The translations under genes were made by a program, and so were the position numbers. A model generated the notes under the pieces. That model worked only from the letters and a program-made list of their open reading frames with translations. It did not search any database and was not told the origin of the DNA. A stretch of 63,633 nt of DNA, filler included, from Trichomonas gallinae (Eukaryota), in assembly GCA_008369845.1 (NCBI GenBank). It is 8 parts of 8 records of this genome, joined end to end, with 100 filler letters (N's around TTAATTAATTAA, not from the genome) between each part and the next. Parts side by side here need not be neighbours in the genome. Positions count along the whole stretch, not along the records: positions 42,430 to 52,770 come from MRSU01000462.1; positions 52,871 to 59,946 come from MRSU01000464.1; 6 more parts are not named here. One strand, 5' to 3'. Of this stretch, positions 44,584 to 55,404 are shown one piece after another. Each line of letters opens with the position of its first letter. The first letter of the stretch is position 1.

Positions 44584-44730
44584 TTTTTTGCCATATAAAA
44601 TATTTTACATGACACATGTCAGATTTATAATATTTACATGACAAAATATTAAAAAGTGCTATTTTGCCATATAAAATATTTTACACGACATATTTCATAA
44701 TTGTAAGGTTTGTAAATGTTTACATGACAG
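44584..44730. repeat. Direct repeat plus TTTACATGACA motifs
   Basis: TTTTGCCATATAAAATATTTTACA(T/C)GACA at about 44586 and 44662; further TTTACATGACA at about 44633 and 44719. Confidence 0.75.
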
Positions 44731-44752
44731 AAATTCAATAGGTGTCATTTAA

Positions 44753-47338
44753 ATGACTCTGAAGCCTAAGATTGTCATCCAAGCAAACACGGCCGACTAT
44801 GACAGATTCTTCAGAACATTTAAACAAGTGGCGCCAAAAAACATCAACATAAACTTCGATGACGGCGAAAATCTCGCGGCAAAATTAGAACCAGAATATG
44901 TGCCAAGAGATAAAAAGATAAATCTCGACGAAATTACGCAAGCCCCCCACGTGCTCTTGTACGTATTCAGCTGCGCGACGAAACAAATCTACCTTTCGAT
45001 GTTCCAGAGTGAAATTCGACAATGGCTTCGCCAAAACACAAAATTGTACATCCACCCACTTGTCGTCTACATCAATGATCCAAAAATCACAAAATCAAAG
45101 AATATTTTCAGTGGTTTTAATTCTTTTTATCAGCAGCTGCAGGAAGAGATCCCAAAGTTGCTCACTGTTGTCGTCCAGTCCGACCAGATAATTAAGGAAG
45201 AAATGCAGAAAATTTGGACAGCAGTTACTGATGAAATTCGAATTTCTTACCAAGACAGAATTACTTTCCTTAGAGACAATATTCGAGCCATTGACAACGT
45301 AGATACAATAAGGACATACGTGAACTTGTCTCAGCTTTATCAGCAGGCCACATTATGCAACAGGACAATCGAATTCGCGGCATTGGGCTACGAAACAATC
45401 AGAGCTGCTCCTCAGTTCTTCAAATCATTCTTCTCAGACAAGTATTTCTCGTATCCATTCGACTTCAAGTCTCAAATTGAAGATTATGAAAAAGAAATTC
45501 TCGATTCTATGTCAGGACAGTATGAAATCCTCTACATCCTCTTCAAGAGGCAAATACAGAACATGTCGTACATGCAGAAAAGCGAACAAAGCATAAAAAT
45601 CGCTTTGGAGTTTTTGGTTTACATTAATCAAAAAGTAAACAGCGGAGAACCATTCTATGCTGCTCAGGAGCCAAACTACCACTTTTGGCTATGCCAGGCT
45701 TTGACAAACATTATATCTGAATGTAAAGCAGAAGATAACGCGACAGCATCGAAACTCAGCGATCAGATGATTTCAACGACAAACTGGTACTTAAGGGAGT
45801 TGCAAACATTGATGGAGATAACAAAATCAGCAGAAAAAGTTTCAAATAAATCAAAATTCTTAATGATCACGAAAATCGTCGAAAACCAAGAATCCTACCA
45901 AAAGGAAGTCATTTCAAGGCTCTCTACAATCATCAACGCAGCGAAATCCAAAGGATTATCGAGAATCGAATCTCTCGCAGCAATTGAGCTCCTTAAGCTT
46001 CAGCAGCAGATGTTCAAGCAAGGAGGAAACGACTACAACTTCTCAGCTGAAGAAACAGAACTTTACAAGAAATCTCTTCTTACTGTTGTCAAAAATGGTT
46101 TTACACACTTGATTCCAGAAATCACAAGGGAGCATCTAAACAGGCTTTCATGGGACACGCAGATTCTCGCTGCTTGTATTTTCTTATCAAATTCTGTCAA
46201 AAAATATCTACCTCTTGCTATTGACATTTTGAGAGACAGCTTTGCTTCATATCCTGGTCCAAGGGTTTACATTACAACCAATTTCCCGCTCGAAATCAAG
46301 ATATTCCAATCCGAGCCATTCATTATCAACAGAAGCGTCGAATTAAAGGCACAGCTTAAGTGGGATATACCAGGAGAGTTCAAAGTCGACGTCATGGCCA
46401 TCGCTTTCGCTCAAAAACAGCAAGTTACAATTAGCACAGAAAAATACAACTGGTTCAAGGCTGATAACGTAACAATCACCAATGGTTCTGAGATTACATT
46501 CACAGGCAAGTTCAAGAAATTCTCCCTGACACCAATCGTTGTTGGATTTTGGACTAAAAACGGCATGATACAGATCTTCCACCCATTATTGCCAACAGCA
46601 ACAATTATTTCTGTTGTTCCTGAGCCGAACAGAGTCGATCTCGAAGTTATCATGCCAGAATTTCTTTTGCCGAACAGAACACAGCACTGCCAGATCATTA
46701 TAACAACAAGATACGTCGAGAAAGAGTTAAACCTTCAAGTTACTGGTTTGATAACACATCCAGCGAGACTCCGCCGTAGTGACGGAAAATTCATCGACCC
46801 AACGAATGGTTTAATTTACTCGAATGTTCCACCTGGTAGACACACATTGATTCTCCCGATCATGGCGCAGCAGAGCGGCAACTTGCACGTCGAGTTACTG
46901 TCCAGCGATCAAAAGAAAGTTGCTGACGCTCCGTTTAAAGTCATGGATATTTTGGACATGAAGATCGTCTACAACGAAGAGACGCAGACAGCAGAGCTCA
47001 CTAGTTCTCTCGAGACAAACAGCGAGGTCAAGATCAACGAGGTTACTTTCGTTGGCGCGGACGGACAGGAGCTGGAATGCAAGGCATTCGGTGTTCCAAT
47101 GACTGTGGAAGTCAATCCTTCCTACGCAGTCTTCATTCTCCCTACGCCGCCTGTTGTAGCCAATGTTTTGGTGCAGCACGGAAACCTTAAGCCGTTCACA
47201 CTCAGTATCGACGTAGAGAGAACAGGCGAAGAGGCCGAGCTCAACGAACAGATCACTCCACCTTTGACGCCATTCGTCCCGATCGAATTCAAGCTTGCAG
47301 TTCAAAGCACTGGATACTCAGAGAAAGACGAGATTTGA
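44753..47338 (+). CDS. TRAPPC10/Trs130-like trafficking protein
   Basis: N-terminus PHVLLYVFSCATKQIYLSMFQSEIRQWL...LVVYI resembles TRAPPC10 (PFLHIYWTECxDxExYKxTVKxxLxxW). Helical middle and beta-rich C-terminus. Confidence 0.55.
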   Translation: MTLKPKIVIQANTADYDRFFRTFKQVAPKNININFDDGENLAAKLEPEYVPRDKKINLDEITQAPHVLLYVFSCATKQIYLSMFQSEIRQWLRQNTKLYIHPLVVYINDPKITKSKNIFSGFNSFYQQLQEEIPKLLTVVVQSDQIIKEEMQKIWTAVTDEIRISYQDRITFLRDNIRAIDNVDTIRTYVNLSQLYQQATLCNRTIEFAALGYETIRAAPQFFKSFFSDKYFSYPFDFKSQIEDYEKEILDSMSGQYEILYILFKRQIQNMSYMQKSEQSIKIALEFLVYINQKVNSGEPFYAAQEPNYHFWLCQALTNIISECKAEDNATASKLSDQMISTTNWYLRELQTLMEITKSAEKVSNKSKFLMITKIVENQESYQKEVISRLSTIINAAKSKGLSRIESLAAIELLKLQQQMFKQGGNDYNFSAEETELYKKSLLTVVKNGFTHLIPEITREHLNRLSWDTQILAACIFLSNSVKKYLPLAIDILRDSFASYPGPRVYITTNFPLEIKIFQSEPFIINRSVELKAQLKWDIPGEFKVDVMAIAFAQKQQVTISTEKYNWFKADNVTITNGSEITFTGKFKKFSLTPIVVGFWTKNGMIQIFHPLLPTATIISVVPEPNRVDLEVIMPEFLLPNRTQHCQIIITTRYVEKELNLQVTGLITHPARLRRSDGKFIDPTNGLIYSNVPPGRHTLILPIMAQQSGNLHVELLSSDQKKVADAPFKVMDILDMKIVYNEETQTAELTSSLETNSEVKINEVTFVGADGQELECKAFGVPMTVEVNPSYAVFILPTPPVVANVLVQHGNLKPFTLSIDVERTGEEAELNEQITPPLTPFVPIEFKLAVQSTGYSEKDEI

Positions 47339-47627
47339 GCCAATGTTATATTTTTATTAATATTGTTTTATTTAAACATAGTCTATTTTTTGCATATATT
47401 GTCTACATCGCTATAACACACACAAATCCTTTTCATCTCTATTCTCATTAAGTTCATTGAATCAATAATCAAACAACAAAATATTGATTATAACATGTAT
47501 AAAATTTTTGCAATTTTTTTAAGGAATAAATATAATGATTATCAGGAAGGTTTCGATCAATTAAATCCATCCCTAATTATTGATGATTGCAAATCATGAT
47601 TTTGGATGCACAAATTCTTTTTAAATA

Positions 47628-47725
47628 CAAATTTTGATTTCTAAAATTTTGATTTTCTAAAATTTTGATTTCTAAAATTTTGATTTCTAAAATTTTGATT
47701 TCTAAAATTTTGATTTCTAAAATTT
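47628..47725. repeat. 15-bp minisatellite (AAAATTTTGATTTCT), about six copies
   Basis: Near-perfect tandem units; one unit has an extra T. Confidence 0.92.
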
Positions 47726-47788
47726 AAAAAAAAATTAAAATGTAACCGCATACTAATATAACAATTTATAAAAAACAAAAAATAAAAA

Positions 47789-50059
47789 TTACATTTCTTC
47801 TTCATGGTAGTTTTCTTCCTCTTCAGATATGTAGTCATCATAGCGAGGGAATATTGGCAATCTGAACTGGAATTTGATGAAATTCCCGCCCAAATCGCCA
47901 GATAATATAACAACAGGGAATTCACTCAGTGGAATGTTGTTTGCTTTTATTGCAATTTTCACGTCAATGCTTCCTCCTTTGTCTATCTCCAAACCAGAGA
48001 ACTGCGTCCTTTCAACAGAAAATTCTGGAGAAGAAACAGTTTCAAAGTTAATGTTTTGTAAAGAAAAAACAGAAACGTTAGAAATTGTTATCAAAAGCCA
48101 AGCAACATTGTAATTGTTTCCATTCCCGTATTTCAATTTAGCATAGACAGCGATGAAGTTATCCGTGTAAATAACTCCTTCGTTTGTCAGCAAAAACTTT
48201 TCAATCAGCTGAGTGTCGTCATTTTCTATATTTTCATTTTGTTCTACTTCGAAATTGCTAGGAACGCTTTCTCTTATTGATTCCAGCATCTCGTTCAGCA
48301 TGTTTTCGTTGAAATCCTTTGGAATGGACTGGAAGATTTGGTAAGAGAGTGGTGTGCATTGTAAAGTCATCATGCATTCATTTGCGCGCTGAGAAACTTC
48401 AGGATTCGCATTTGACAACTGTTTTGACAAAAATTTCAAACTCGAGTCCAGCAAAATCTCTGGGAATCTCGTTGTCAGTTTAGTTATCATCGTAACAATC
48501 ATCGACTGAACTAAAGAATTCTGGAATCCGAACCTGCCGACGAACAAATTGAGCAAAGGAAGAGGTTCTGAATTCGTATATTCACCGATGACATAAACTG
48601 CTAATTTCATCAACAAAACTGGGGGATCTGGCGTTGTTTTAATGAAATCTATAATCTCATGTATATACTCTTGTTGATCATCTATGTCTTTGAACTTAGA
48701 AGCTGTTGATTGCCAAGTTATTTCTTCCGCATAATTTCCTGCAATTTTTAACAACGAAATGTTTGTCTTCACGAAAAATTTTGGTTCAACACATTCCAAA
48801 GCCAGGACTTTAGGCACACTGCTGCACAAAGCCTTCCTTATATCGAGAGGTGCTGCTGGAATATAAGACATTATTTCGTTAATTATATCTTTGTAGTTTT
48901 TTTCATTTATCATTTGCTCCAGGAGAAAAACAGCCAACTTTGAAACGCCGTTATCTGGGGATCTCATTGCATTAAATATATGCTCAAGTGAGTCTTGTAT
49001 TGTTGAAGCCAGCTGATGATTTGTTTTGATGATTCTCAGTAATGTTTCAATTGCGAAACTTAAAATATTGACTCGATTTGTATTTAAATGTCTTGCAATT
49101 GTTTTCGCGCATCTTTCCATTGTAGAATTCGTCAGTGGAACCATGGCGATCAGTGCCATCAACTCGTTTAGGACCATCAAGTATGAATATGCTTCGCGAA
49201 TCTTCAATGTTTCGCCTGTTCTACTGAAAATCGCTAAAGAAATTTTTTCTAAATATGTTTTTTCTTCTTCTGACCAAGATAGTTTGAGTTTCAGCATCCT
49301 AAGGAGCTGTTTAGAGTACCATGGAGCTGGTGTGCCATAATACATTATGTCGCTCACATCAGATCCATCGACGAACATATTAAAAAGTTCTTTTAATGCG
49401 AAACTGAAAAATTGAGAGAATGTTCCCGGATGCATTATCATTATTGATAAAACTAATGTCGAAGAAGCAAGTCGAAGATTCGATCTTGTAATCAAATAAG
49501 TTTCTAGAGGAGGAGTGATTAAATTTATAATACTATTATAACTATCTCCTCTTAGTACATATGCTAAGTAAAGAATTGCTTTCTTTCTCGTATGTTCGGA
49601 TGCACTTTGGCAAATTGCTATGTCTGCAACTAAATTTATGATTTCTTTGATACATTGGCTATCAAATACAGTAGAAACAAACGACAAAGCAGTGCTTTGC
49701 CATAGATCATTTCCTGGAATTTTCAAATGTTGCTTAACTATTTGTATTATCGATGAAAATGATGGTGTATTTTGTGACAAAATGAGAGATGCAGCCATGT
49801 ATCCTATTCTAACGTTCGATAATCGCGAAGAATTTAATAATGTTATGATTTCTTGCAAACCAAAGTCAACTGGGAATCCAATTATAGTCAAATATATTAG
49901 CTTAGCGACAGGTATTCTAACAACCGACGAAGATTTGTTTTCTTGTAAAAATATTTTTTTGATTTCCGCTAATTCTTCTTTAATTGGTTTCTCTTCGGTA
50001 CCTCGGTAATAATGCTTGGTAACTTTAAGAAGGAAGTCTTCCATTTCCTTCAAATCCAT
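47789..50059 (-). CDS. Adaptin large subunit, AP-2 alpha-like, divergent
   Basis: KEELAEIKKIF, VAKLIYL, RIGYMAASL, YYGTPAPWYSKQLLRML, PEVSQRANE, and appendage start FLLTNEGVIY. Confidence 0.85.
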   Translation of the reverse strand: MDLKEMEDFLLKVTKHYYRGTEEKPIKEELAEIKKIFLQENKSSSVVRIPVAKLIYLTIIGFPVDFGLQEIITLLNSSRLSNVRIGYMAASLILSQNTPSFSSIIQIVKQHLKIPGNDLWQSTALSFVSTVFDSQCIKEIINLVADIAICQSASEHTRKKAILYLAYVLRGDSYNSIINLITPPLETYLITRSNLRLASSTLVLSIMIMHPGTFSQFFSFALKELFNMFVDGSDVSDIMYYGTPAPWYSKQLLRMLKLKLSWSEEEKTYLEKISLAIFSRTGETLKIREAYSYLMVLNELMALIAMVPLTNSTMERCAKTIARHLNTNRVNILSFAIETLLRIIKTNHQLASTIQDSLEHIFNAMRSPDNGVSKLAVFLLEQMINEKNYKDIINEIMSYIPAAPLDIRKALCSSVPKVLALECVEPKFFVKTNISLLKIAGNYAEEITWQSTASKFKDIDDQQEYIHEIIDFIKTTPDPPVLLMKLAVYVIGEYTNSEPLPLLNLFVGRFGFQNSLVQSMIVTMITKLTTRFPEILLDSSLKFLSKQLSNANPEVSQRANECMMTLQCTPLSYQIFQSIPKDFNENMLNEMLESIRESVPSNFEVEQNENIENDDTQLIEKFLLTNEGVIYTDNFIAVYAKLKYGNGNNYNVAWLLITISNVSVFSLQNINFETVSSPEFSVERTQFSGLEIDKGGSIDVKIAIKANNIPLSEFPVVILSGDLGGNFIKFQFRLPIFPRYDDYISEEEENYHEEEM

Positions 50060-50617
50060 TCCTTATATCAACAGAATCAAAATCACAAAATTTTAAAATT
50101 AAAAAGGTAAATGGTTCGATACAGTATAACTAAGTTTTTTTCCTTTTTTATGTTGATTAATCAAAATGATATTTTGTATTGTATTAACTATTGTTTTTAA
50201 TAGGATCAATATCTTTGAGGCAAATAATATGAGATGAACTATTTATAATTGATTAATGATTGTTTCATAATGAGATTCAAATATGATTTTGTGCATTTCA
50301 TCGAAATTAATTCATGATAAGTATGGAGTATTTTTATAAATATTATATCTATCAATTTTTACAATTCAGATATGGATATCATTACGTTTTAATTGAAAAA
50401 ATTCATTTTAAATATTATTAAGTCACACAGATCAAGTAGCATAATTAAAATATGCTATAATATAATAACAGACTATCTATATGAAACATTGGTTTGATAT
50501 TTATCAAATTGAAATTATTTTTTGAAGGTTATTTGTTCACATCGATATATTGTATAGTAGATGAAATATTATTATGATTAATCTTATACAACATAATAAA
50601 CAACAATTTAGATAAAT

Positions 50618-52066
50618 CTAATATAACAAACAACATGCTGACTTGGCAGTAGGATTCTTAGGTGGTTCTTTACGTACTTTGGTCCTTGTTCTCCGCTTTT
50701 TACGCGGAGCTTCAGCAGCATCTTTAACTTTTTTAGAATGGTGCTTATGGCCGTCCTTATTGTGATGATGGTGATGGTGGTGGTGGTGGTGATGATGATG
50801 CTTACGAGCCTCATCCTGCTTCTTTTTCGTCTTTTGCTGGGTCCTTAATGTTCTAATTTTTCCTCCTCCGTGCGGCTTAAACACTTCTGACTGTTCCGAT
50901 TCCATATATAAACGTCTATGATATGATTCACTGGAGTCTTGGCCCGAATACTGCTCTCCTTCCGAAGAATGAATTGAAGCTGTGTCAATTGCTATATTTT
51001 CTGAACCGGACTCCTTCTTTTGTTCTTCATTCACGTTATCATCTGCTGCGCTCTGTTCATGTCTCGAAGAAGCATTTTGAGCTTCAATATCTTTTACGGT
51101 CTGCGAAATTGCGTTATTTTCTGAATCAATCGCTGATTTTGCTGATTTCACGCTTTTATCATCTACAATTTCCTTTTGTTCTTGTTCTGTATTAATAATA
51201 TCTTCTTCCTCATCATAAGAGCTTGATTCAGAGTAACCTGAGTGATTGTATTCATCTCCAGATGAAAAATTCCCTGTACTATTTGGATCAAAAGTTGTAT
51301 CTGATGAAGATGATTCAGAAATTTCGATGCTATAATCACTATCCTCGTCTGCGTTGGTATCTTTACCGGATCCTTTCGAAGATTTGGCATTTTCCACAGT
51401 AGAACTTTCTTTTTTGATTGATGAATTAGAGATTTCGACCTTTTGGACTTCAGATGAAACTGCTTCTGATTTTATTTTAGTTCGCTTTTCCTTATTCGCT
51501 GAGTTCTGACTTTCTTTGCCACTTGTAATAAAATCTTTATTTTTCGTTACTGACTCTTTACTGGTTGATTTTGATAATGAATTGTCGCTCTTCTTCGATT
51601 CAGACTTCATCCGCTCTTCTGTAATTTGATTTTTCGTCAGTCTTGAACCTTCTGAATAAAATTTTTTGTCGTTCTGCATAATTAACTTGTTGTCTGTTTT
51701 TGGTGGGGCATTTTTATCAATTGAATCTGTCGTATCACTTGTTAAAACGCGATTATCTTTGATAACAGACATTGTGTTTTCTTCAGAAGCAAAATCTTCG
51801 GAATTATTGGATGGAGCCGGCCTCCGATATGATCGCCTTACATATCCTATCCTAAGATTTTGCCCTTGAACTTCGTTAGTTTTTTTTGACGATTTTTTCT
51901 CTTGCAACTCGAGACCTTCTTGATTCGCATGTATCTTCTTTCTCTTCCGAGCAGCATTAATATCCTGCTGCTGAGGAGAAGAGTTCAGTATTGACCCATT
52001 CTCCTCCATCAAAAATGTTGCAATGCGATTTTTTTGTAAACATTTCTTTGAATTTTTATTATGCAT
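50618..52066 (-). CDS. Low-complexity Ser/Glu/Lys-rich protein with His13 tract and C-terminal SACCLLY
   Basis: 482-aa ORF; 13 consecutive His codons at 50762-50800; polybasic stretch before a terminal Cys motif. Confidence 0.75.
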   Translation of the reverse strand: MHNKNSKKCLQKNRIATFLMEENGSILNSSPQQQDINAARKRKKIHANQEGLELQEKKSSKKTNEVQGQNLRIGYVRRSYRRPAPSNNSEDFASEENTMSVIKDNRVLTSDTTDSIDKNAPPKTDNKLIMQNDKKFYSEGSRLTKNQITEERMKSESKKSDNSLSKSTSKESVTKNKDFITSGKESQNSANKEKRTKIKSEAVSSEVQKVEISNSSIKKESSTVENAKSSKGSGKDTNADEDSDYSIEISESSSSDTTFDPNSTGNFSSGDEYNHSGYSESSSYDEEEDIINTEQEQKEIVDDKSVKSAKSAIDSENNAISQTVKDIEAQNASSRHEQSAADDNVNEEQKKESGSENIAIDTASIHSSEGEQYSGQDSSESYHRRLYMESEQSEVFKPHGGGKIRTLRTQQKTKKKQDEARKHHHHHHHHHHHHHNKDGHKHHSKKVKDAAEAPRKKRRTRTKVRKEPPKNPTAKSACCLLY

Positions 52067-52139
52067 TTATTATACCAATATTTTCGATATTTTATTAAAT
52101 TAAAAAAAATATTGTGTCGTGTAAAGACTGACTACAAAT

Positions 52140-52640
52140 GACAAATGACACGTAAATAATGTTTATTTGACAATGTAAACATATTATGTCAAAATAAAAT
52201 TGACTTCATAGGTTATAAATGACACGTAAATTATTTCTATTTGATAATGTAAAGAAATAATGTTAATATACAAAAAGCATCATGAAAATAGAGTGTAGGA
52301 CAATCTACTTGACCTCTATAAATTTATTACTGCGTGTGTGTTTATTTTTATCCTATATATGGTGCAAATCCATGTGAAAAGAGTTTGTCACTCTTTTTAT
52401 GTAAAGATAGGCAACAAATGACTAGTAAATGATAAAAAGTTTGACAATGTAAATATAATATGTCAGAATAAAAAGATATACATCATGGAAATATAGATAT
52501 TACATTGAAATTCAGAATAAAAAGTTGTGCTACAATTATAAATGATGAAGCACTTTCGTTGGGTTAATCGTGAGACTGAAAATAGCAAATATTTTTGCAA
52601 GAAAATAAATTTGACAATGTAAACTAAATAATGTCAGAAG
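52140..52640. repeat. Dispersed copies of TTTGACAATGTAAA-N7-8-ATGTCA
   Basis: Copies at about 52166, 52240 (variant), 52440 and 52610; AAATGACACGTAAA at about 52143 and 52217. Confidence 0.7.
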
Positions 52641-52656
52641 AGTTTGGACATGATAA

Positions 52657-52675
52657 AAAGTGACTCGGCCTTTTT
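52657..52675 (+). promoter_or_regulatory. Core-promoter motifs AAAGTGAC and CCTTT upstream of RPL3
   Basis: AAAGTGAC at 52657-52664 and CCTTTTT at 52669-52675, just before the ATG. CCTTT is known as an alternative initiator of Trichomonas ribosomal-protein genes. Confidence 0.6.
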
Positions 52676-52681
52676 GCTTGA

Positions 52682-52770
52682 ATGTCTCACCGTAAGTTCA
52701 ATGCTCCACGCCGTGGTTCTCTCGGCTTCCTCCCACGTGGCCGTTCCCATGCCGTCCGTGGCCGCGTACG
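52682..52770 (+). CDS. RPL3: 60S ribosomal protein L3 (uL3), 5' fragment cut by the gap
   Basis: Translates MSHRKFNAPRRGSLGFLPRGRSHAVRGRV, the conserved L3 N-terminus. Missed by the ORF track. Confidence 0.95.
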
Positions 52771-52870
52771 NNNNNNNNNNNNNNNNNNNNNNNNNNNNNN
52801 NNNNNNNNNNNNNNTTAATTAATTAANNNNNNNNNNNNNNNNNNNNNNNNNNNNNNNNNNNNNNNNNNNN

Positions 52871-54883
52871 CTTGTAAATTCTAACGATCCAGTTCTTCGT
52901 AGAGAATGCCTCCTCGAAGTGTGTGAACTTGATAGAATCAACACCGCGTGAGATTTGTGTTCTTCTAGCTATATCATATGCCTTTGGCATTGATTGGTGG
53001 ATCGTGTAATCCTTGAAGTTGTAGTAGCACATCTTGAACATCATTGAGTTTGTCATGTTGTCTGTCTGGATCTCGCCGACGATTGGGTATCCTTCATGCT
53101 TCTGGAACAAGCTACCTGAGATGTTGTGGAATGTTTGGTTAGCGATCTTCGGCATCCACATGAACTTGTTGATATCATCGCCGTCGTAGCCACTAGCGCC
53201 ACCAAAGATGACGAGCATGTACTTCATTCCCATCATCCTTGCGAGTCTCCACGAGACCTGTTCAGGAGAGCCCATTGACATGCCGATGATACCGATGTGT
53301 GTGAAGTTGTTTGTGTTACCGTCAGCCATGCATCCTCTTCCACCCATTGATGTGATCTGGTAGCCATAGTCCCACCAGCTCATAACTTTATCGTCCTTGT
53401 GTGTGTTCTCCCAGAGCCACCTGTAGCCCTCTCTGTAGTCATCTGACGATTCCTGGCCGCGCGGTGTGTTGACGTAGAAGTGGAGGTGGTCGCCGGAATA
53501 TGAGTAGCAGGAGAACCAAACTGAGTGGTAAAGAGAGAAGAGGCAAACCATGATTAGAGAAATGATGATCCAATGGCGAATGTGCTTCTTGGAGCGGAAA
53601 GCAATGCGAGATACGCGGTGGATGCCAACGCCAGCAATGTAGACACAGGCTGGCGAGAAAACGAGAACAAGACGAACCATGATAGAGCCGAAGTAAAGAG
53701 TGGAAAGTCCATAGATGAGGAGAAGCATAGAGGCTTCTGTGTACTTCGTTGGCTTGTTCTTGATCTGGTCGCGCATGATGAAGAAGCAGCCGACTGGGAA
53801 AAGGGACATGAAGAATGCGCATTCCATGAAGTAAGATGACCATGATGATGGCTGGTGCTCAGCGACAGAAGCGATGATAGGGATGTTCTTGGCAGCGTAT
53901 GATGGATCGAACATTAGGAGAAGACGGCCGGAGAAATCTCCAACGAGACCTGTTGAAAGAAGGATTGTAAAAACGAAGAACATGAGTGGCACGGAGCAGA
54001 GAAGGATAACCATGATGGATGTAAACGTTGGAGCTGAGTATGAATGATTGAGATAAGTGAAAAATCCCCAAACTTGAATGCCAAATAGTGTAGCAATCAT
54101 GGCGAAGTGCTCTGGCTTGGAAAGGACCTTCTCGTGGATGAATGGAATCTGGACAATAAGAATTAAGCTGAGGATCGCCCAAATGCTGTATGTAATATGA
54201 AGGCGCCATGAATAGCGGCCAATCGCAATAAGGCCAACTGTGAAAAGTGGAATGGCGTTAGCAACGAAAACGTAGCCACCCCATGTAAGGGCCATGTAGC
54301 TGAAGCAAAAGGCGGAGAAGGTAGACATAAGGATAGAGGCGTTCTTAAGAGCATAAACGAATGAGTAAAGAGAGAGAAGCATGATAAACATAGCAATGCA
54401 TTCATAATCGTAGCTGCCGGCGACGGAGCGAGAAATGATACCTGTAATGAATGATGCGAGAGCGGCAAAAACAGAGCCAAGAGTTGAGTTGTAGACAAGT
54501 TCACCGAATAAATATGAAAGTAAGCATGTTAATGTAGCAAATATTGGACCCATGTGAACACAAACTTGAAGTAGTTCAATCTTGATATGTAAGAAATCGA
54601 GAACTCTGTGAATAAAAACTGATGTGAACATTAAACCTGGATATGATGTCTCACCGACTGGACGGCCCTGTGGGTACCATGAAATGTTATCATACCAGCC
54701 CAAAAATTCGTAGAATCCATGCTCCTTGATGAATTGTGAGCATCTCCAGTTGAAATGTGGATCGAATTCGTGAATGATTGGCTCATTGATGACATTGGAG
54801 AATAGACGAATCAAAAATGAAAGAATGCACGAAAGAATAACAATCAATAACTGGATTGTTTTCCTTGTGGAAGAAATCGCCAT
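52871..54883 (-). CDS. STT3: Oligosaccharyltransferase catalytic subunit, 3' end cut by the gap
   Basis: IIHEFDPHFN, YPQGRPVG, SRSVAGSYDYE, SVAEHQP, WWDYG, DGNTNN, DDINKFMWM. ATG at 54883. Confidence 0.97.
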
Positions 54884-55404
54884 TTTTTTTAGATAAAGTG
54901 AATTGTTTATTTTCTCGATTTTAGTTGAAATTAGCAATCTATATATAATACTAAAACCAAAAATAACAAAATTATTTTCTGAAAAAATAATATTTGATTT
55001 TATTAAGATGTTCGTTATCTATATAGATTATTACCCTGAAAAATTCTTATTTTGATCAAAAATTTATGATATTTTTTTAAAAAACCAAAAATATCTATTT
55101 ATACTATTGTAACTATTATAACTAAATAAATCTACTTATATTAAATATAATATATGTATTCCAATAAACTAAATCCAATAAAATTAAATTCAAAATTTAC
55201 TATAATCATTTTATTAAAAAGCAAGCAAATATATATGATATTTTTCGATAAGTGAATAAATCATGACATCAAACACTTGATTTTATCTGTATTTAATGTG
55301 ATGAAAAGATAACGTTTTGTTTTTTGGTTCCTGGAAGAAGTTTTAGTGTTTGTTTTAGTTTTATGTCGATATTAAGCCAAATTTTTGAAAGAAGATTCTA
55401 TTGA

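Noticed and set aside
47641..47925. ORF with NFRNQ repeats
   Set aside because: Read-through of the 15-bp minisatellite in an alternate frame overlapping the adaptin 3' end.
52644..52826. ORF MDMIKSDSAF...
   Set aside because: Wrong frame; the real coding frame is RPL3 from 52682.
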